DNA from: the human T2T-CHM13v2.0 reference genome, Homo sapiens | Strand: one strand, 5' to 3' | DNA length: 64,000 nt | NCBI RefSeq assembly: GCF_009914755.1 | Contig: NC_060927.1 | In this document: positions 57,501 through 64,000 of the stretch, in pieces | How the letters are laid out: every line of letters starts with the position of its first letter | Numbering within the stretch: position 1 is the stretch's first letter | Notes under the pieces: model-generated | The model's database searches: none | What the model saw: the letters and a program-made list of their open reading frames with translations, nothing else | Told to the model about the DNA's origin: nothing | Position numbers and translations under genes: made by a program

Positions 57501-58237
57501 TATTAAAAAGTCAAAAAATAACGGATGTTGGCAAGGCTGTGGAGAAAAGGGAATGTTTACACACTACTGGTAGGAAAGTAAACTATAAGGTTGCTGCAAA
57601 ACTAATTGTGGTTTTTGTTATTAAAAATGGCAAAATAGTTGAGCCACTGTGAAAAGCAGTTTGGAGATTTCTCAAAGAACTAAAAATAGAACTACCATTC
57701 CACCCAGCAATCCCATTACTGGGTATATACCCCCTCAAAAATAAATTGTTCTACCAAAAAGACACATGCACTTGTATGTTCATTGCAGCACTATTCACAA
57801 TAACAAAGGCATGTAATCAGTCTAGGTGCCCATCAATAGTGGGTGAGATAAAGAAAATGTACATATACACCATGGAATATTATGCAGCCATAGAAAAGGA
57901 CATCATGTGCTTTGCAGGAACATGGATGCAGCTGGAGGCCATTATCCTAAGCAAATTAACACGGGAACAAAAACCAAATACCCTATGTTCTCACTTACAA
58001 GTGGGAGCTAATCATTGAGTGCATGTGGACACAGAAGGGAACAATAGACACTGGGGACTCTGAAAGAAAGGAAGGAGGGAGGAAGACAAGGGATATAAAA
58101 CTTCCTATTGGGTACTATGTTAACTATGTAGGTGACAGGATGAATAGAAGCCCAAAACCTCAGCATCACACAATATACCCTTGTAACAAACCTACACATG
58201 TAACCCCAGAATCTAAAATAAAAATGGAAATTAAAAA
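54573..58237 (+). mobile_element. 5'-truncated L1 (L1PB4/L1PA16-like), EN domain to poly(A)
   Basis: Colinear ORF2 fragments (LIDIYRILH; [27 protein letters not shown]; [25 protein letters not shown]) and a 3'UTR with aatagaagcccaaaacctcagcatc. Approximate TSD aagaataatc..ttt.t at 54556-54572 and 58238-58254. Confidence 0.9.
57586..57635. mobile_element. Truncated MADE1 inside L1
   Basis: taaggttgctgcaaaactaattgtggtttttgttattaaaaatggcaaaa interrupts the L1 sequence gtaaacTA|gttgagcc, with TA on both sides. Confidence 0.8.
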
Positions 58238-58375
58238 AAGAATAATCAGTTTCTAAGATTTCCAAATTTGCTTAGTTTTATAAATTGCCTAAAACTTATG
58301 TATAAATCAATGAAAGCATAAGCCCTGGTTACATGAGATCCAAATAATCAACGTCCTTTAAAAGTATTGCACTAT

Positions 58376-58609
58376 GGCTGGGCGTGGTAGCTCATGCCTG
58401 TAATCCTAGCACTTTGGGAGGCCAAAGGGGTGGATCACCTAAGGTCAGGAGTTCGAGGCCAGCCTGGCCAACATGGTAAAACCTCACCTCTACTAAAAAT
58501 ACAAAAATTAGCCAGGCATGTTGGTGGGTACCTGTAATCCCAGCTACTCAAGAGGCTGAGGCAGGAGAATCACTTGAACTCGGGAGGCAGAGGTCACAGT
58601 GAGTGGAGA
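58376..58609 (+). mobile_element. AluSx lacking its 3' end
   Basis: The dimer stops at cagtgagtggaga and abuts an AluJ. Confidence 0.85.
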
Positions 58610-58862
58610 CAGGCGTGGTGGCTCGTGTCCATAAAGGTCAAGGCAGGAGAATCACATGAGCCCAGGAGTTCAAGATCAGCCTAAGCAACATAACGAGACC
58701 CTGTTGCTACAAAAAATTTTAAAACTAGCTAGGTGTGTTGGCGCATGCCTGTAGTCCCAGCTACTTGAGAGGCTGAGGCGGGAGGATAACTTGAGCCTAA
58801 GAGATTGAGGCTGCAGTGAGCTGTGATTGCCTGTGTGACAGAGTGAGATTGTCTTTTAAAAA
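58610..58862 (+). mobile_element. AluJ with internal deletions
   Basis: gagcccaggagttcaagatcagcctaagcaacataacgagacc; gaggctgcagtgagctgtgatt. Confidence 0.82.
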
Positions 58863-58884
58863 TTTTTTTAATGTGTGTGCATGC

Positions 58885-58887
<3 letters not shown>

Positions 58888-58918
<31 letters not shown>
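58888..58918. repeat. (TG)n microsatellite
   Basis: About 15 TG units. Confidence 0.92.
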
Positions 58919-58920
<2 letters not shown>

Positions 58921-60905
58921 TTATCATACTTCAAGCCAACTTTCATTTACTCTAAACTGGAAGCTCCAAATTCTTAAATATATCAATCTAGTGTCTCAAG
59001 ACATATATCACATACTAAAAAGTTGCTGAGTTTATATTACATCCAAGTTCTACTTTCCACCAGGGATCCACACAAACTGTTCAATGGATTTTTTAAATTA
59101 ACAAGTAAAAGTTATGTCTATTTATGGTGTACAACACAATGTTTTTATATATGTATACAACTGTGGAATGGATAAATTCAAGCTATTAAACACATGCATT
59201 GTTTCACATTTTCTTGTGGTGAGAACACAAAATCTTTTAGCAATTTTCAATATGCAATATATTATTACTAACTCTAGTCACTGTAATGTACAATAGATGT
59301 CTTTAAGTTATTCCTCCTAACTGAAATTTTGTGTCCTTTCACTAACATCTTCCCAATCCCCCAACCTCCAGCCTCTTGTAACCATCATTGTACTCTCTTT
59401 CTATAAGTTCAACCTTTTACACTCTACATATAAGTGAGACCACGTAATATTTGTCTTTCTGCACCTGGCTTATTTCACTTAGCATAATGTCCTCTTGGTT
59501 TACCCATGTTGCTGTAAATGACAGGATTTCTCTCTTTTTTAAAGCTGAATAGTATTTAATTGTGTATATATAACACTTTTTCTGTATTTGTTCATCTGTC
59601 AATGAACACTAAGGTTGGTTCCATATCTTGCTATTGTGCATAATGTTGCAGCAAACATGAGAGTGCAGATATCTGATTGACAGTGATTTCAATTCCTTTG
59701 GATACATACCCAGTAGTGGTATGGTTGGATCATACAGTAATCTATTTTTACTTTTGTGAGGAACCTCCACATTGTTTTCCAAAATAGTCCTACAAATTTA
59801 CATTCCCACCAACAGTATACAACGGTTCCCTTTTCTCCATATTCTTGCCAGTATTTATCTTTTGTCTTTTTGAATAGCCATTCTGACAGTTGTGGAGTAA
59901 TATCTCATTGTGCTTTTGATTTGTGTTTCCCTGATTATTAGAGATGTTGGGATCTTTTTCACAGACCTGTTGGCCATTTGTGTATCTTCTTTTGAGAAAT
60001 TTCTATTTAGGTCCCCTTTGCCCATGTTTTAATTGGGTTGTTTTCTTACTATTGAGTTGTTTCAGTTCCTTACATGTTTTGGCTATTAAACCCTTCTGAG
60101 ATTATTGTTTACAAATATATTCTTCCATTCTCTAGGTTGTTTCTTCACTCTGATTGTTTCCTTTACTTTGCAGAAGCTTTTTAGTTTGATGTAATCCTAC
60201 TTGTCTATTTTTGGTTTTGTTGCCTGTGCTTTGGCATCATATTTAAAAAATCGTTGCCCAGACCAATGTCATGGAGCATTTCCCCTATGTTTTTTGTTGT
60301 TGTTTGTAGGTTTACCATTTCTGGTCTCACATTGAAGTCTTTATAATCCATTTTGAGTAGATTTTTGTATATGGTTTGAGATAAGAGTCTAGTTTCATTC
60401 TTCTGCATGTGGATATCCAGTTTTGCCAATACTATTTATTGAAGAGACTGTTCTTTCCCCATTGTGTATTCTTGGCACCCTTGTCAAAAATCAATTGACC
60501 ATAAATACAGGGATTTATTTCTGGACTCTCTTTCTTACATTTGTTACAAATGTAAGTGAAAGTGAAGCAAATGTTTCACTTCCTTGCTTACATTTATTCC
60601 TCAGTATTATATTTTTTGTAGCTATTGTAAATTGGATTGTTACCTTAATTTCTTTTTTAGTTTTGTGTTGATTTTGTAGCATGCAACTTTATTAAATTCA
60701 GTTATTAGTTCTAACATTTTTCGTGGAGTCTTTAGGGTTCTCTCTATATAAGAACATGTTGTCTGAAAACTGAGAGAGTTTAACATCTTCCTTTCCAATT
60801 TTGAAGCCTTTTATTTCTTTCTCTTGCCTAATTGCTCTGGCTAGGACTTCTAGTACTATGTTGAATAAAAGTAGAAAGTGGGACATCCTTGTCTTTTCTT
60901 TATCT

Positions 60906-61126
60906 TTATAATCAAAGACAGAGGATTCTGAGAGCAGCAAGATAAGCAAATCACATATAACAGAACTTCATTAAGGCTGGCACCATATTTCTCAGAAGAA
61001 ACCTTGCAGACCAGGATAAAGAGGGATGACATATTCAAAGCACTGAAGGATATCTTCAAAAAGTATAAACCAAGAACACTATACCCAGCAAAACTGTCCT
61101 TCAGAAATAAAGGAGTAACAAAGGCT
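60906..61126 (+). mobile_element. Inverted L1 ORF1 C-terminal fragment embedded in ORF2
   Basis: aggattctgagagcagcaaga...ttctcagaagaaaccttgcagaccagg...atacccagcaaaactgtccttcagaaataaagg is the ORF1 CTD, oriented opposite to the host. Confidence 0.78.
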
Positions 61127-63078
61127 TAGTGATGGGTATGTCATATATGGTCTTTATGTTGAGATGCATTTCTTCTATACCTAGTTTTTTGAGAGTTTTT
61201 ATCACAAAAGAATGTTAAATTTTTTCAAATGCCTTTTCTGCATCAATTGAGATCATCATGTGGTTTTTATCCTTCATTCTGTTAATGAGGTGTATCACAC
61301 ATATAGATTGGCATATGTTGAACTATCCTTGCATCCCATGGGATAAATCACACTCGATCATGGTGAATGATCATTTTAATGCACTGCTGAATTCAGTTTA
61401 CTAGTATTTGGTTCCTTGGTTTTTGCATCTATGTTCTTCAGGGATACTGGCCTATAATTTTATTTTCTTAGGTGTCCTTGTCTGGCGTTGGTACTAGTGT
61501 AATCCTTGCAAAATGAGTTTGGACGTATTCCCTCCTCTTCAATTTTCTAGAAAAGTTTGAGAAAGATTTATATTAGTTCTTTAAATGTTTGCTAGAATTC
61601 AGCTGTGAAACCATCGGGTCCTGGGCTTTTCTTTGAAGCAGGACTTTTTATTACTGATTCAGTCTCTTATAAGTTATCAGTCTGTTCACATTTTCTATAT
61701 CTTCAGATTTAATCTTGGTAGGTGGTGTCTAGGAATGTATCTATTTCTTCTAGGTTATCCAATGTGTTGATATAAAATTATATAGTAGTTTCTTATGATC
61801 CTTTGTATTTCCATGTTATCAGTTGTCATGTCCTCTAATTTCTGATTTGAGTCTTCTCTCCTTTTTCCTAGCCTAGTTAAAGGTTTTTCAAATTTGTCTT
61901 TTTACAAAACTGTTAGTTTCATTGACCTTTTCTATTATTTTTCTAGTCTCCATTACATTTATTGCTGCTCTAATCTTTATTATTTCCTTACTGTTACTAA
62001 CTTTGGGCTTACTTCATCTTCTTTTTCTAGTTCCTTGAGGTATAACATTATGTTGTTTATCTGTAATCTTCTTTTTCAATGTAGGCATTTATTACTACAA
62101 ACTTCTGTCTTAGAACTACTTTTGCTACATCCTATAAGTTTGTATATGTTGTGTTTTAACTTTTGTTTGTCTTAAGATATCTTTCAATTTTTCTTTTAAC
62201 TTCATCTTTGTCCCATTAGTTGTTTAGGAACATGCTGTTTAATTTCCACATGTGAATTTTCCAAAATTCTTTCTCTTACAGATTTCTAGTTTTATACCAT
62301 TGTGCCTAGAAAACATACTTGATATGATTTCAATCTTCTTAATTTTATTAAGACTTATTTTATGTCTTAACATGTGATTTATCCTGGACAATGTTCCACG
62401 TGTGCTTAAGAATGTGTATTCTGTTGCTATTGGGTGAAATGGTCTTCATATGTCTGCTACGGTCATTTGGTCTAAAGTGTAGTTCAAGTCTAATGTTTCC
62501 CTATTAATTTTCAGTCTGGATGATCTGTTCATTGTTGAAAGTGGAGTATTTAAGTCCTCTATCATTACTGTGTCAGTCTCTTATTCTCTTCAGATCTATT
62601 AATATTTGCTTTATATATTTAGGTGCCCTGAAGTTGGGTGCATGTATATTTACAATTGTATCTTCTTGATGAGTTGACTCCTTTATCATTATATGACCCT
62701 TCTTCTATCATTTTATAGTTTTGACTTATACTCTACTTTATCTGATATAACTATCACTATCTCTGCTTTCCTTTGTTTTCCATTTGCATGGAATATTTTC
62801 ATCCATTCACTTTCAATGTGTCTGTGTTCTTAAAGGTGACCTGAACCTTTTATAGGCAGGATACAGTTGGGTCTTGTTTTTTATCCATTCAGCCACTGTG
62901 TCTTTTGATTGGATAATAAAATCCATTTACGTTCAAGATAATTATTGATAAGTAAGGACTTACTACTGCTATTTTGTTAACAATTTTGTGGTTGTTCTGT
63001 AGATCATTTCTTTCATTCTCTCTTGCTGCCTTCCTTTGGGATTAGATAATTTTCTTTATTGGTATGCTTTGATTCCTT

Positions 63079-63702
<624 letters not shown>

Positions 63703-64000
63703 TGATTCCTTACTTTTTATCTTTTGTATATGTACTATCAATTTTTTTGTGGTTACCATGAGGCTTACATAAAACATTTTAACGTTATAATGGGATATTC
63801 AAAACTGATAACAATTTAACCTTGGTCACATAAAATAACCCTACACTTTTACTCCATCTCTCACACATTTTGTTTTTGATGTCCCAATTTACAATTTTTT
63901 CTATTGTATATCCTGCAACCTATTGTAGCTATTATTTTTAATAGTTTTATCTTTTAACCTTCATACTGAATATATCATTGATTTACACACCACCATTTCA

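Overview
This is primate genomic DNA, almost certainly human, because it carries a near-consensus AluYa5. The window is AT-rich and dominated by interspersed repeats: several multi-kb L1PA/L1PB/L1MA elements, older L1ME/L1MC/L2/MIR, about 28 Alu-family elements, ERVL/MaLR solo LTRs, and hAT and mariner DNA elements. I found no intact protein-coding gene, tRNA, rRNA or CRISPR array. Two processed pseudogenes are clear: a full-length ACTB retrocopy nested in an L1 (40339-42105, +) and a GC/CpG-rich FLYWCH1 retrocopy (47806-50173, -). The FLYWCH1 copy is the most unusual object. It has 4 rather than 5 zinc fingers, it ends inside what looks like a parental intron rather than at a poly(A) site, and it carries a stop-free antisense frame of about 2 kb. 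Other oddities are mechanistic scars: two tandem Alu pairs with triplicated target sites, an Alu with a ~68-bp flanking duplication, fold-back templated insertions in two L1s, and a one-armed MADE1. I see no convincing new biological system. Repeat subfamily calls and parent-gene comparisons come from remembered consensus sequences, and boundaries of old repeats are approximate. From memory only (unverified), FLYWCH1P1 and ACTBP16 lie together at human 3q26.33.
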